DNA of 63,443 bases, filler included, from Reticulomyxa filosa (lineage: Eukaryota; Protista; Foraminifera), in assembly GCA_000512085.1 (NCBI GenBank). It is 17 parts of 17 records of this genome, joined end to end, with 100 filler letters (N's around TTAATTAATTAA, not from the genome) between each part and the next. Parts side by side here need not be neighbours in the genome. Positions count along the whole stretch, not along the records: positions 1 to 13,300 come from ASPP01006988.1; positions 13,401 to 14,927 come from ASPP01040319.1; positions 15,028 to 16,787 come from ASPP01025777.1; positions 16,888 to 18,942 come from ASPP01034294.1; positions 19,043 to 20,880 come from ASPP01027145.1; positions 20,981 to 23,214 come from ASPP01025302.1; positions 23,315 to 26,920 come from ASPP01015213.1; 10 more parts are not named here. One strand, written 5' to 3'. Below are positions 13,267 to 25,289 of the stretch, piece by piece (the first letter of the stretch is position 1; each line of letters starts with the position of its first letter). The notes beneath the pieces were generated by a model that was not told the origin of the DNA, made no database searches, and saw nothing but the letters and a program-made list of their open reading frames with translations. The translations under genes were made by a program, and so were the position numbers.

Positions 13267-13267
<1 letters not shown>
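12134..13267 (-). CDS. Beta-trefoil (fascin/FRG1-like) repeat protein with long poly-Asn loop insertion (5' partial)
   Basis: Repeated short-strand units such as GHYLAV, TVIIRHPHNGGIAV...HSRWVIVP, VKVQHEESKKYLLI...ACLFKVH and VKLESCKVPGGYIGV...GGPHSQMTIF. There is an intron at about 12374-12491. The contig ends in a poly-A intron tract. Confidence 0.55.
12660..12900 (-). repeat. (AAT/AAC)n low-complexity tract encoding poly-Asn
   Basis: Direct reading of the sequence. The tract is in frame within ORF 12402-13259. Confidence 0.95.
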
Positions 13268-13300
<33 letters not shown>

Positions 13301-13400
13301 NNNNNNNNNNNNNNNNNNNNNNNNNNNNNNNNNNNNNNNNNNNNTTAATTAATTAANNNNNNNNNNNNNNNNNNNNNNNNNNNNNNNNNNNNNNNNNNNN
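13301..13400. other. Artificial contig linker N44-TTAATTAATTAA-N44 (first of 16)
   Basis: Identical 100-nt spacers, with stops in all six frames, at 13301, 14928, 16788, 18943, 20881, 23215, 26921, 36248, 39915, 43622, 47073, 48937, 50070, 55230, 59561 and 61657. Confidence 0.99.
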
Positions 13401-14140
13401 ACCTGCTTACGTGAACTAATTGTTGCAACAGTTTTATATAATACCGCGCTTCCGCAATGCTGTCATTTTCAGTGGAAAGGAAAAAACCAAAGGTCTATAC
13501 AAAAAAACAAACTAATTCCATCTTGTATCAAAGTCTTGCAAATGTTTTCGTATCTCAAATTGTCCACAAAAGAATTTTGCAAATCATATAAAGATAAAAC
13601 AGTTTTGAGACTTGATTTCAAACAAAACAAAGATATGCGCGTATATGTTATGTCTTTGTTTTTATTTTATTTTATTTTATTTTTTTAAAAAAAAAAAAAA
13701 AAAAATTAGTGCAATCTAGTCAATGTCAGGATTTAACAAGATGTGCAAACATTTTTCAATAACTTAACAAGACAGTATCGAAAATGAACTGAATCCAACG
13801 CAATTCCAACAGGAACAAGCGGGCAGACAACCAAGAGCAAATCAAGAATTGACAAGCTTGAGACAATCAATCGCAACGTGAAGACAAGTAAGCAGAGGTG
13901 TGTGTGTGTGGGAGTGACTGCAACAATTCGAATGGCGGACAACGCTGATTGCTGGTTCCGCTTTTTATTTCTTCAATATCTTCTACGAATTTGCCATCTT
14001 GGTTCTTCAATGCACGTGTTTAATGCAAAGGCATCTGGTAGCTTGTAATTTGACTTATGCAAAGGACGCTCCCAGAAAATGGGCTATCGAATGTATTCTC
14101 CCAAGTTTGACTAATTTTGTTATGATCAAAGAGTTTATAT
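13401..14140 (+). pseudogene. Ubiquitin-specific protease (peptidase C19, USP9/24/34-like) pseudogene, copy A
   Basis: It begins inside the Cys box (TC[fs]YVN*LLQQFYIIPRFRNAVI), then reads SILYQ[fs]LQMFSYLKLS and the Gln-box relic NVRI*QDVQTFFNNL. It is a near-identical paralogue of 19790-20880. Confidence 0.75.
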
Positions 14141-14593
14141 GAAGCTGTTGTCAAAGCACAAGGTGCATTTTATCCACAAATAGAGTTTAGACAAAGTTTA
14201 AACTTCTCAAACGATGATACCAAACTTATTTAAAAACATAAAAAGACAGTTTCGTAATTTCATTATATACATTGACATATACAATGTATTTATATATACA
14301 TATTATTTTACCCAACTGTAAGTAAAAAAATAAAATTCAGTCTCAATGATAGTATATGAATTGCACAAAAGCAAGAATCATATCACATATCTAAACTCTT
14401 CATTGAAAACAAAGAAATTATTGTATCATATTTCGTGTATGTATAAATATTTTCAACGACAAAATGAATAAAGATATAATAATAAGATTCTATCACATAG
14501 TCAAAGTTCTAGATTAAAAATAAGCTAAAAAGTACGTAATTGATTCATCGTAAACAAATATATAAAACTACGATCTAAAATAGTCCAATAACA
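13401..14593 (+). repeat. Segmental duplicate of 19790-20880
   Basis: Colinear high identity from ACCTGCTTACGTGAACTAATTGTTGCAACAG to TAGTCCAATAACA in both contigs, with scattered substitutions and indels. Confidence 0.95.
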
Positions 14594-17159
14594 ATTTAAT
14601 TTTAGTATGCTTGATGTTGATATTACGTATACCAAAAGTATATTAACAACAATTTGGTAAAGCGTTGCAAATTGTATATGTAAAACTACAAATTACATAA
14701 GCTATTAAATCTGACACAAACATGCAAAGTCATTGAAATACTGCAAAAATATTATCAACAAAAACAAAATATTGTAATAAACTAAAATTTTCATTAACAA
14801 AAATTATAAAATAAACTAACACTAATAACAAACTACAAATAAAATAAAAACTAAACACAAATAAGTTATGCAAAAATACAATCAAATCAGTTTTCACGTT
14901 CAATAACAATTGCATACTGATTAAAAANNNNNNNNNNNNNNNNNNNNNNNNNNNNNNNNNNNNNNNNNNNNTTAATTAATTAANNNNNNNNNNNNNNNNN
15001 NNNNNNNNNNNNNNNNNNNNNNNNNNNCAACGATGAGGAATGTTCATCAAAGACGTTGGCTTAATTATTCGCATAAAGTATAGCGGAGTGAGAGAACAAG
15101 AATGCTCAAAAAGACAAACGCTCTGTTGACAGTCAAAATTATAACCCTTGTTTTTTTGTATTGTGTTTTCACAAAGCGTGGCCTTGTGTTAATTTTTTAC
15201 GCTTGTTGAAATTCGTTATTTTTTCTCTATCATTTTTTCATAAGCGTATTCGCAAAGAAAGAGTAATCTTCGCATGAAATAAGTCATTGCATTTCTTTCC
15301 ATTTGTAAGGAAATTATTATTCAATTGCTTGCAGAACAAATATTCTCGAGATGTAAGTCTTTTTTATATGTGTTGAGTTGCTGTCGTTGCAACGCAAAAC
15401 TAAACAAAAGTGTCACACACACCCAGGCTGAAGACAATGAAACAAAAGATTTGGCAACGAAAAAACAAAACAGACTTTAAAAATTAGAACAAAGTTACTT
15501 GATAAGAAAATATTGCAATATGGACCAGATTAAAAAACGGGGAAATGGAAGCGTACGTACTGAAAAGAGGCGTGATCTTACTACAGACAAAGACCATGTC
15601 ACTGCCAATGTCTTACACATTATTGCGAAACCGATATTCAGCCTTGAAAAAATCTTTGCTTGCTCGACATGGTAAAGACCAAGCCAAACTCAAGAAACTA
15701 GACTGTCACGTGTTAATACTCTACAGTCACTATTGCAGCAAGCAAATCAACAAATTCGATATCTTAGCAAGTGGCTGAGACAAGCAAAGACCTTTATGAA
15801 TACAAGGCCTTGTACTTGAACATCTCCAGCATCATCAACACAGATAGCAACAATAATAATTTGAATTATCCGAATAAAACAATGAACAAAGAACAAACAT
15901 AATTATCGAATACGTTACGAAAATGGTTTTACAATGACATTGGTAATCGAGAACTCTTAGCATGACATATTGATTTTTTATCACTACAATTTTGGTATTA
16001 ACTATATTTTTCGTCAAACAGTACTTTGTACATCGACAAGTACATAGAAACAAAAAATTATTTTATGTCGACAAAGACAGATATGAAATGCTTTGATTTT
16101 TTTAAAAAAAGGAAATGCTCCACATTGTTGCGGCCATCAAACCGACTATTTTTGGACATCATTTGTCCTCACCTGAAATTCAAGTTTAGAAATGCGAGTA
16201 TTTTTTTTTTTTGTAAGTACATGTTTAAAACTTTTTTAAAGAACAATTTTGTGGAATTGTCTTTAAAAAAAAAAATACGTACAAACACTAATTATCTATT
16301 TACGTACGTACAATACAAATTAGGAAACAAGACTTTACATCCAAAGTATTATTTTTAAAACATGGAACAATTTACTTGGAAGTGGTCGTAGAAAACATGG
16401 ACAATCTGTTGTTGCTCATTGGATAATTTTCATAAAAAGAAAATTCATTGGATGGGCCAAGACATTCAACAAATAGCCCAAACACAACCAACACGTTTTC
16501 AACACTGGATCGCCTTTACTAAGCCAAATAATCCAATTATAAAAAGATCGACCAGACAACCCTTTTTTTATTTTATTTGAAAAATCGAAATAATGTCTTT
16601 GTTGACATTACTTTCAATAAATAATTTTTTTTGGCCCAATTTTGTGTGCTTTTTATTGTGGGTTTGTTCTGTATTAATGTTTTTTTACTTTATTTTGAAT
16701 GATAATTTTTTTTTAAAAAAAAAGAACATGAACCAATTTAATCAGTACCAGACCAGCTAAATGTCATAACAAATGTTTTTTTTTTTTNNNNNNNNNNNNN
16801 NNNNNNNNNNNNNNNNNNNNNNNNNNNNNNNTTAATTAATTAANNNNNNNNNNNNNNNNNNNNNNNNNNNNNNNNNNNNNNNNNNNNCATGTTCCATTGC
16901 CTCTTTTTCATCGTATCCCAGATGACATTCTTTTTTTTTTTTAAACAACATCATATTAGGAAGGAGGGAGAGAACGAAAAAACCTACTCCAAAATTTATA
17001 ATGATAATATTAAACCAACTAAGGGGAATTCACCTTGTGGTTGTTCAATTGATTTTGATCTATTCAATTGTGTTGTTTTATGCAGTTCAAATTAGTATTG
17101 TAAATATTAGCAAATAATAAAAAAACAGTAAAAAGATTCATTTTTGATTAACTGAGTGC

Positions 17160-17360
17160 CTAAATCTGACTTCAGACGGAGGGCATCCAGTGCTTCTGCG
17201 TTTTGTGGGTTTGGCTCCTCCAACTTGTGTGAAAATCTCGTCCCATTCACTTTGCTCTAAATGTAAAAGATCTTTTATTGACTGACAGTGTGTACTTTGT
17301 CTAGTTTGTCCCAGAGTTTGTTTGCCATGTCTTCTTTACAGGATATTGGTGCATCCAGTA
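17160..17360 (-). pseudogene. Possible SAM-domain relic
   Basis: Frameshifted translation MANKLWDKLDK.HCQSIKDLLHLEQSEWDEIFTQVGGAKPTKRR resembles the SAM pattern (DL..L...W.EI...V...P..RR). Confidence 0.3.
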
Positions 17361-17609
17361 AAAATGAAAGCACTGTAGACATTATGTCTTTATTATTGAT
17401 TAATACCAATATCAAGAGATTTAAAAAAGACATATGTGATTCTATCCATAAAAATTTACTTTTTATAATAGTTCATTTTATTAATCAAAAATAGTTGCTT
17501 TTTCAAAGTTATTGCATTTCAAGATTAAAATACAGAAAGCAAGCTTGAATAACAATAGAGATATAAAACTATTGTCAGGGTGTAACTTCGTTCATAAAAA
17601 AAGAAAAAC

Positions 17610-17910
17610 AATGAGATCATGTACCTCTTTGTCTTCACACATGATTGATAGTCAGTATGTGACTTTCAATGCTAAACTATTGATATCAAACGGTAACTTT
17701 TACTCGTACCACGTAGTGAAGGAGGAATATATAAAAAAATAGTAGAATATCCGTAGAACATGAAATTGCAAGGGCATAGCATAATTAAATGTGATGTGGA
17801 AGCTGAAAAAAGCAAAGACAAAAATATAATAACATTACTTTCCCTTGGTGGGAGTCCATATCATGGACGCTACACCCTGATGATGAGAAGTATCAAAGTG
17901 TATGGAGTGG
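17610..17910 (+). pseudogene. Kelch-like repeat family pseudogene fragment
   Basis: SQYVTFNAKLLISNGNFYSYHVVKEEY...EYP*NMKLQGHSIIK...ITLLSLGGSPYHGRYTLMM has the GG-containing kelch blade pattern, interrupted by stops and a frameshift. Confidence 0.6.
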
Positions 17911-19042
17911 TAAGTCCAGCAAAAAGGTCGAAAACGGATTGTTATCATTGGCAAATGATGAGATAATCGACCTACAATGAGCATGTGCCTTCTCTTTTTT
18001 CCATGTGCTCTTTGGATTACAAAAGGCTACAGTTTAAGATGATCACGATCATGCAAGATTTAGACTGTAAAAAATAAAATGAATCATGTGTTGTACGAGA
18101 CACACCTGATAGAATTGCTCATGTTATACCATCTTGGCGGCTATATAATTGGTGCCTGTTTCTATTTCCTTTGGAAATTACTTTTTATATAATCCAAACG
18201 CCGCCATGTTTGAAAAAAAAAACAGTTTAATTTTTGAGGCTTGTTCTTGCATCAAGGAGGACAACCTTCAAAATTAAATTTTAACTTGTGTAAGTAAGTT
18301 TTTTAAAAATGGGATAAATTTAATATTTCGATATTTTTTTAACAGTTTGTGGAAAGATCAGCCATTGAAATTATAAAAAGTTGTTGTTGACACAGATGGA
18401 TAGTTTTTATTAGCAAAAAACTCAAATAGCTCAATGAAGCAAACAGGTGCAGAGTGTTTAAGTCAAAAATATTCAATTTCAAAAAATTTTTTTTGCGAAA
18501 AATCTAAAGAGATTAGAAACATATCAGATGAGCTGGAGAATTGGAAAATCAAATTATCACAAGAAACAGCAATCCACACAAAAAAAACAAACATTTTTTG
18601 AATAAAAAATTTTGTTAAATATAAAATACATTGCAATCGAATGATGTCACCAATTTTGGAGTTACTTGAGCTTCACTTTGCTCTTGCTTGCTGGCACTAC
18701 AACCACTTTGGAGATCTATGTTATATATTTGTATATTAATCATACATATTTCAAATATTTTCCAATCACATTATAATAAAATATTATAACTTGGAATATA
18801 GAGGTTGCGTATAATCAGCTCACCACCAAATTGTTCAATTTTCTTTCGATCAATCATGCACCACGTTCCATTTTATATGGACCTTTTTTTTTTTAATAAA
18901 AAAAAAAGTATACACCATGATCCATATTCGATACACGCCTTCNNNNNNNNNNNNNNNNNNNNNNNNNNNNNNNNNNNNNNNNNNNNTTAATTAATTAANN
19001 NNNNNNNNNNNNNNNNNNNNNNNNNNNNNNNNNNNNNNNNNN

Positions 19043-20486
19043 TCGACGACGAGAAGAACTCGATACAATTGTTTCGCTTAACATTCACCAGTGGCAGCAG
19101 TAGTATTTATGTCATGCTAAAAAACGACTGAGAAGGATAGTACGCAAGAAAGTGGACTGTCAAGCCAAGTTTTTGAAAAAGAAAGGCTTTTCTTGTTTGT
19201 CAAAAGTGCTGAAAAACGTTACATACAAAATGGACTCAAAATCTCTGGCGTCACACCAAACGGCCAACATTAATGCAGTGACAAAGAACATGCAGTATCT
19301 GGCTATTGCGTAACTGTTGATGATGACCCACTTGCTATCCTTGAGCGCGTCTGTAATGAAAGTGGCAGTTGAACAAATGCAAAATGAGTCATCCACATCA
19401 ACGAGACAATAGGATAACAAAAAAGGAGGATTCGAGTAAAGATAATGCAAGAAAGAATGCAAAGAAGGGGCACAAGCACAAAGAAAAAGCATGATATCAA
19501 AAAGTATTTGATATAACAACAACCAATAGAACAAAAAGCAAACTAACCAGTAACATCAGTATCAGCAAAGATGACAATAAAAACAAAGAACAAAATACAA
19601 ATGCCAATGCTAACGCAAATGCAAATGAAGCAATGACAGATTGCAAACAACATTGTAAGCCTTAACGAGTTGACAGAGATTACAGTTGCATCAGCTGATC
19701 CAATGACTGCATTCTAGATATGACTGCTCGACCCGACCAAAACACTTGATCCACGTATGGCTTTGTGGGACTCAAGAACATAAGCTTGCACCTGCTTACG
19801 TGAACTAATTGTTGCAACAGTTTTATATAATACTGCGCTTCCGCAACGCCGTCATTTGCAGTGGAAAAGAAAAAACCAAAGGTCTATACAAAAAAACAAA
19901 CTAATTCCATCTTGTATCAAGTCTTGCAAATGTTTTCGTATCTTAAATTGTCCACAAAAGAATTTTGCAAATCATATAAAGATAAAACAGTTTTGAGACG
20001 TGATTTCAAACAAAACAAAGATATTCGTGTATATGTATGTCTTTGTTTTTATTTTATTTTATTTTATTTTTTTTAAAAAAAACAATTAGTGCAATCTAGT
20101 CAATGTCAGGATTTAACAAGATGTGCAAACATTTTTCAGTATCGAGAATGAATTCCAACGGAAATAAGCAAGCAGACAACCAAGAGCAAATCAAGAATTG
20201 ACAAGGTTGAGACAATCACTCAACGTGAAGACAAGTAAGCGGATAAAGGTGTGTGGGCGTGACTGCAACCATTCGAATGTGGACAACGCTGATTGCTTGT
20301 TCCGCTTTTTATTTCTTCAATATCTTCCGCAAATTTGCCATCTTGGTCCTTCAATACACATATTTAGTGCAAAGATATCTGGTGGCTTGTAATTTGACTT
20401 ATGCAAAGGACACTCCTAGAAAATGGGCTAGCGATTGTATTCTCCCAAGTTTGACTAATTTTGTTATAATCAAAGAGTTTATATGA
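19043..20486 (+). pseudogene. Ubiquitin-specific protease (USP9/24/34-like) pseudogene, copy B
   Basis: From 19759 it reads GFVGLKNI[fs]ACTC[fs]YVN*LLQQFYIILRFRNAVI, matching the USP Cys box GLxNxGxTCYMNSxLQQ. It continues SILYQVLQMFSYLKLS and NVRI*QDVQTFF (QQD box). There are multiple stops upstream. Confidence 0.8.
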
Positions 20487-20980
20487 AGCTGTTGTCAAAG
20501 CACAAGGTGCATTTTATCCACAAATAGAGTTTAGACAAAGTTTAAACTTCTCAAACGATGATAACAAACTTATTTAAAAATATAAAAAGAAAGTTTTGTA
20601 ATTTCATTATATACATATTATTTTACCCAACTGTAAGAAAAAAAATAAAATTCAGTCTCAATGATAGTATATGAATTTCACAAAAGCAAGAATCATATCA
20701 TATATATATAAACTCTTCCTTGAAAACAAAGAAATTATTGTATCATATTTCGTGACTGTATAAATATTTTCAACAACAAAATAAATAAAGATATAATAAT
20801 AAGATTCTATCACATAGTCAAAGTTCTAGATTCATCGTAAACAAATATATAAAACTACGGTCTAAAATAGTCCAATAACANNNNNNNNNNNNNNNNNNNN
20901 NNNNNNNNNNNNNNNNNNNNNNNNTTAATTAATTAANNNNNNNNNNNNNNNNNNNNNNNNNNNNNNNNNNNNNNNNNNNN

Positions 20981-21185
20981 TCAGTTTGTGTGGTTGCGTT
21001 ATAAAATTATAGCAATACATTCATTTTAGGTATTCGATCAACTAAGCAATTACATATGATCAAAACAGATGATAATACAGCTATTGAAGTAACAGACCTT
21101 AAGTTTATACAATTGAAAACACAAAGAGACAGTCATCTTTGTTACAGTTTATCAGATGGTAGAATTTCTATTCGTAGATGGTGAT
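20981..21185 (+). pseudogene. Probable WD40-protein C-terminal relic
   Basis: IEVTDLKFIQLKTQRDSHLCYSLSDGRISI resembles a terminal WD40 blade. In-frame stops lie upstream. Confidence 0.35.
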
Positions 21186-22407
21186 ATATCTGCGTAAGAA
21201 CAAAAGAAGGAACATAAATAACAACTGTAAAAAAAAGATTTGTCTTTTGTTGTCATTTTTCTTTCTTTTTTTTATTGATTTAATTTACTTGTTTTTTGTT
21301 GAAAACATACTCAAGATGAAACAAAATACGAACGTTTCATTAAAAAAAAACGCTAATTCAAAAAATAGAACTTTCCTAATGAGTTTCTAAAAAAAAATAT
21401 AATGAATTTGTTCTTCTTGGAGAGAATATTCTTGAAAAAAAACCGGTTCGCCAGATAGTAGTGATATCACAAGTTCTTTGATTAATAGAAAGCGAAGTTA
21501 CATACTTGCATAACTCTTGATCACCCATAATAAATCTACCATATGATTGAGTCAGTCACAAATGAAAATTTTTTTTATATTTTTGTAAGTTTAAGTTTGA
21601 AGTCATAAATTTTTTAGTTTATTAAAAGTTTTATTATGGACTATCTCACCTGTCAGTGAAAAAATTAAAAAAAATAACAAGAAAGATAAAAGGTAATCTA
21701 CTGTAGAGCAATGCCTTATAAATATCTGAACCTAAAAGGAACCTAGGAGTCCCCAGTGGGTTAAACTCCTTTAACAACTTACTTCACTCTCTTGTTTGTT
21801 TTTTCTTCTTATTTCATTGTTATTTCTTATTTAATTGACTTTCGTTTTCTTGTTGAAAACTCACTTTTCGAGTAAACTCCTCGTATTATATTTCCCACAT
21901 AATTATATAAATAAATATTTTCTGGATCACAATAAATAGAAAAAATGCAAAGGGATAAACACTATGTGTGTTCTTGCTTATGTTGAAAGTTCAAAAACGA
22001 GTAGTTCATTTCAACGTCTCTTATACAAATGACGAATAATCAATATTAAGTACAACATTGTTCCGTCCAGTCAAAGTATTTATTAAATGAACTCTATCAT
22101 ATGCATATGTAATAATATATATATATCCATTAGAATGTTACTTACTGTTATATTGAGTAAAGTGTATGGTTGATGCCAGTAAAGGTGAATAACCAAAAAA
22201 CAACATAAAAAGTTTTAGTAGTTTTCACTCTTTTTCTTTTTGATAAACATACTTATCTTCAATTACTCCAAATCTCAGTAAGTCTTTTTTAAATTTTTAT
22301 TAATTTTGTTTAGCCTCAATAAAATACAATTTTCTTTATAAAAGTTCTAAACCGGGTTTCTGAATCTTCAAACTCAAAAAAAGTTTTATTTTTCAAGTTA
22401 AATTATC

Positions 22408-23214
22408 ATGCTCGCACAACTTCAACAAACATTCCCGAAGATAGATGAAGAGATCATTTTAAAGATATTCGAAGGATTTCAGGAAAATGTTGAAGAGGCA
22501 AACAGTATCTTAACCTGGCTAACTGAGAACACGTAACAATACATTTTTTGTGTTTTGTTTAACAGACAAAAACAAATTATTGCTTCCATATTTTAATAGC
22601 ACCAATGTAAAGCAACAACAACAGTTGGTGCAATTACATAAAAATTTTGGACTTCAACTGGAAAAAACAGTAATATCGCAAACATGGAACAATTGCAATC
22701 AAATTTATGGTGACACAATGGCGAAATTAAGAGAAATATGTGCAACTTCCGATCCAAATGAGTTAAATGTCAATGAAATATACAACTAGTAAAAAATAAG
22801 TAATAAAATAAAAATGATAAATGGTAGGTTGAAAGAAGAAAATGAAATAAAAATATTAAAAGAAATGTATTTGCATATTTTGTGGAATATTTTGAAATAT
22901 CCTAAACATATCAAATATCGTCAAATTCACAAACAAGCTTTATACAACTATTTATCCCAAAAATGTCATACATTAGGTGCTGATTTTGAAAAAATATCTG
23001 TAAATGTGGAAGCATGGTTACAAGTCATTGAATTCAAAAAAGGATATGATGATAATTGGTATTACCAATATGATCGTATTCAATTATTACATCTATGGAA
23101 TTGTTATCGTTATTGGATCAATCAACAAATTATGTATGTGTTAATAAAACAAATGATATAAATATATAAATATATAAATATATAACCAATCTAATTTTAA
23201 ATAGATAATAAAAC
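22408..23214 (+). CDS. CUE-like repeat + PUB-like domain protein (3' partial), paralogue 1
   Basis: Exons at 22408-22532, 22600-22761 and 22828 onward splice in frame. MLAQLQQTFPKIDEEIILKIFEGFQENVEEANSIL follows the CUE pattern L..MFP......I..IL......VE.A...L. A second CUE-like unit follows, then LHILWNILKYPKHIKYRQI (PUB-like NI...P...KYR.I). Confidence 0.65.
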
Positions 23215-23457
23215 NNNNNNNNNNNNNNNNNNNNNNNNNNNNNNNNNNNNNNNNNNNNTTAATTAATTAANNNNNNNNNNNNNNNNNNNNNNNNNNNNNN
23301 NNNNNNNNNNNNNNTTTTTTTTTTTTTTTTTTTCCTTTTTTTACATTTGGATTGAAAATCACGAAACAAAAAGAGGTTAAATACATCTGGATATATGGTT
23401 TCTGTTTTGTTGGTTTAAAAAGGCATTTCCAAAGTGCGTTTTTTTGGTTTTAAACAG

Positions 23458-24701
23458 ACGCAAGTCAAGAAGTGAGCGAACATGATTCCAAAATAGAAGA
23501 CGAATCGTGTGATTTGAACTACAATATCGTCAGTATTTTGCAAGAGATGCAACGGATTTACGAGTTAATGGGAGACAATTGGCGCGAGTTTGCTTACAAA
23601 AGAGCTTGTGGGATTGTGAAGATGTTTCCCAAAAAAATTGAAACAGAAGCGGATGTTGCACTGTTATTAAAGACAAAAGGATTTAGCAAAAAACTGGGTG
23701 CCAAAGTATTGGAAATTATACAGACCGGCCAGCTTAAGAAATTGAATGAATTGAAAAAACTTCCACAAATCGAAGCTTCGAATTTGTTTATGGGCATTTG
23801 GTAAGCCCGATTTATATGTGCTTTTTTTTTTCCTCCAAATTTTTGCAAAATTGAAGGAATCAAACGAGTTTGTGCGGCAACAGGGGAGTGGGTCATCAAA
23901 CGGTGACTCAGTGGTATCGATTAGGCTATCGAACTCTGGATGACGTCCGTGAAAAGGCAGCACTTAACGAACGCCAAAAAATTGGCTTGAAGTATTATGA
24001 CGATTTGAGAGCAGTTAACGCACAGAAAGGCCATTCAAAACAGTAAAAATAAATCTGTTCTTCAAATGGATAAATGTATATAGAAAATCCCTCGATGCGA
24101 AGTAGAGGAAATAGAGCATTTTGTGAAAAAAGAAGTAATGAAAATCGAGTCGGAATGTGCATTGGTCACTTGTGGCAGCTATCGACGAGGAAAAGCCGAA
24201 AGTGGAGATGTCGACTTATTGATTACTCATCCAAGAGCAAAAAAAATTGTGGGGCTTTTGGAGAAAATCGTCGATCAATTGAATAAGGCAGGTTTTCTAA
24301 AAGATCATTTTTCACTACCATCTCATAAGAATAAACATGCCGTAGATCATCACGACACTTACATGGGAATTTGTAAACTACCGGACACAGCTGACGGTCG
24401 TGTTTACAAATATTGTCGACATTTGGACATAAAAGTCTTCCCTCCAGCTGCATTTCCGTTTGCTCTATTGTATTTCACTGGCTCGGATCATTTTAATCGA
24501 TCGATGAGATATTTTGCCAAAAAGAAAGGATACACTCTCAGCAGCTATCAATTGGCTCCAGCAATTCGACTGAATAATCACAAAACTCACACCGGACAAC
24601 CTATTCTTTGTTCTTCTGAAGAACAAGTTTTTGAAGTTTTGGGACTAAAATATGTAAAACCATGTGATAGGAATAATCACGAATACTTTGAGTTTTCTTA
24701 A
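23458..24701 (+). CDS. POLL: DNA polymerase X family, pol lambda-like (5' partial)
   Basis: 8-kDa lyase region (WREFAYKRA...GFSKKLGAKVLEIIQTG), HhH motif IW|GVG, CGSYRRGKAESGDVDLLITHP with the catalytic DxD, RHLDIK and ALLYFTGSDHFNRSMR. Two GT-AG introns join the ORFs. Confidence 0.93.
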
Positions 24702-25289
24702 TTGTCGTTTGCAATTTTCAATTTTTTTGGACGTGTTTTGATTAGATAATTTTTATTTAAACATTTGCTTTTGATATTGTAGAAACTATTCCAACTTCTT
24801 AGGTTAGCATTTTCTACTTTGTTTACGGTGTCAGGGTCAAATAAATAGAAACAAAAGATGTTTAAGAATTGGGTTTTTTTCTGCTATTCTTATTTTAATC
24901 TATCTTTAAAAATTGATTGGATTCGTTTTCAAAATTTACACTTTCTTAATAATCGGTTCATATTGTAAATATGACATTTGTTCATTTACTATTCGGTAGA
25001 TAGTGCCAAAACTAAACCAAATTTGACTTGCAAATAGCCATTGAGTGTTAGAAGGTGTCAACATAGAAATGTTAACAAGGTACTTCAAAAGCAAAAAATT
25101 GAAACACAAACTTTATGTGATGAATTTTTCAACTTGTTGCTGTGGTGAATGATTTGGTTTTGAAAACTGACTTATCCAATTGGAGCATACCACTCGACAA
25201 AAGGTGCACTGCCAATAGGTAAAAAAATGACAACATGCAAATAAAACAAAAAGAAATTTTTAAGAATAAAAAAATCAAAACCAGGATGA

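Noticed and set aside
15028-16787. Coding-like patches and short ORFs in contig 3
   Set aside because: No recognisable motif in the frames I read. It is probably decayed sequence and I cannot assign it.
19800-20125. TAA at a conserved Gln position (TAA CAA GAT for QQD), suggesting TAA=Gln recoding
   Set aside because: Intact genes here end in TAA (5520, 24701, 50766) and have no internal TAA. The same region has frameshifts, so this is pseudogene decay.
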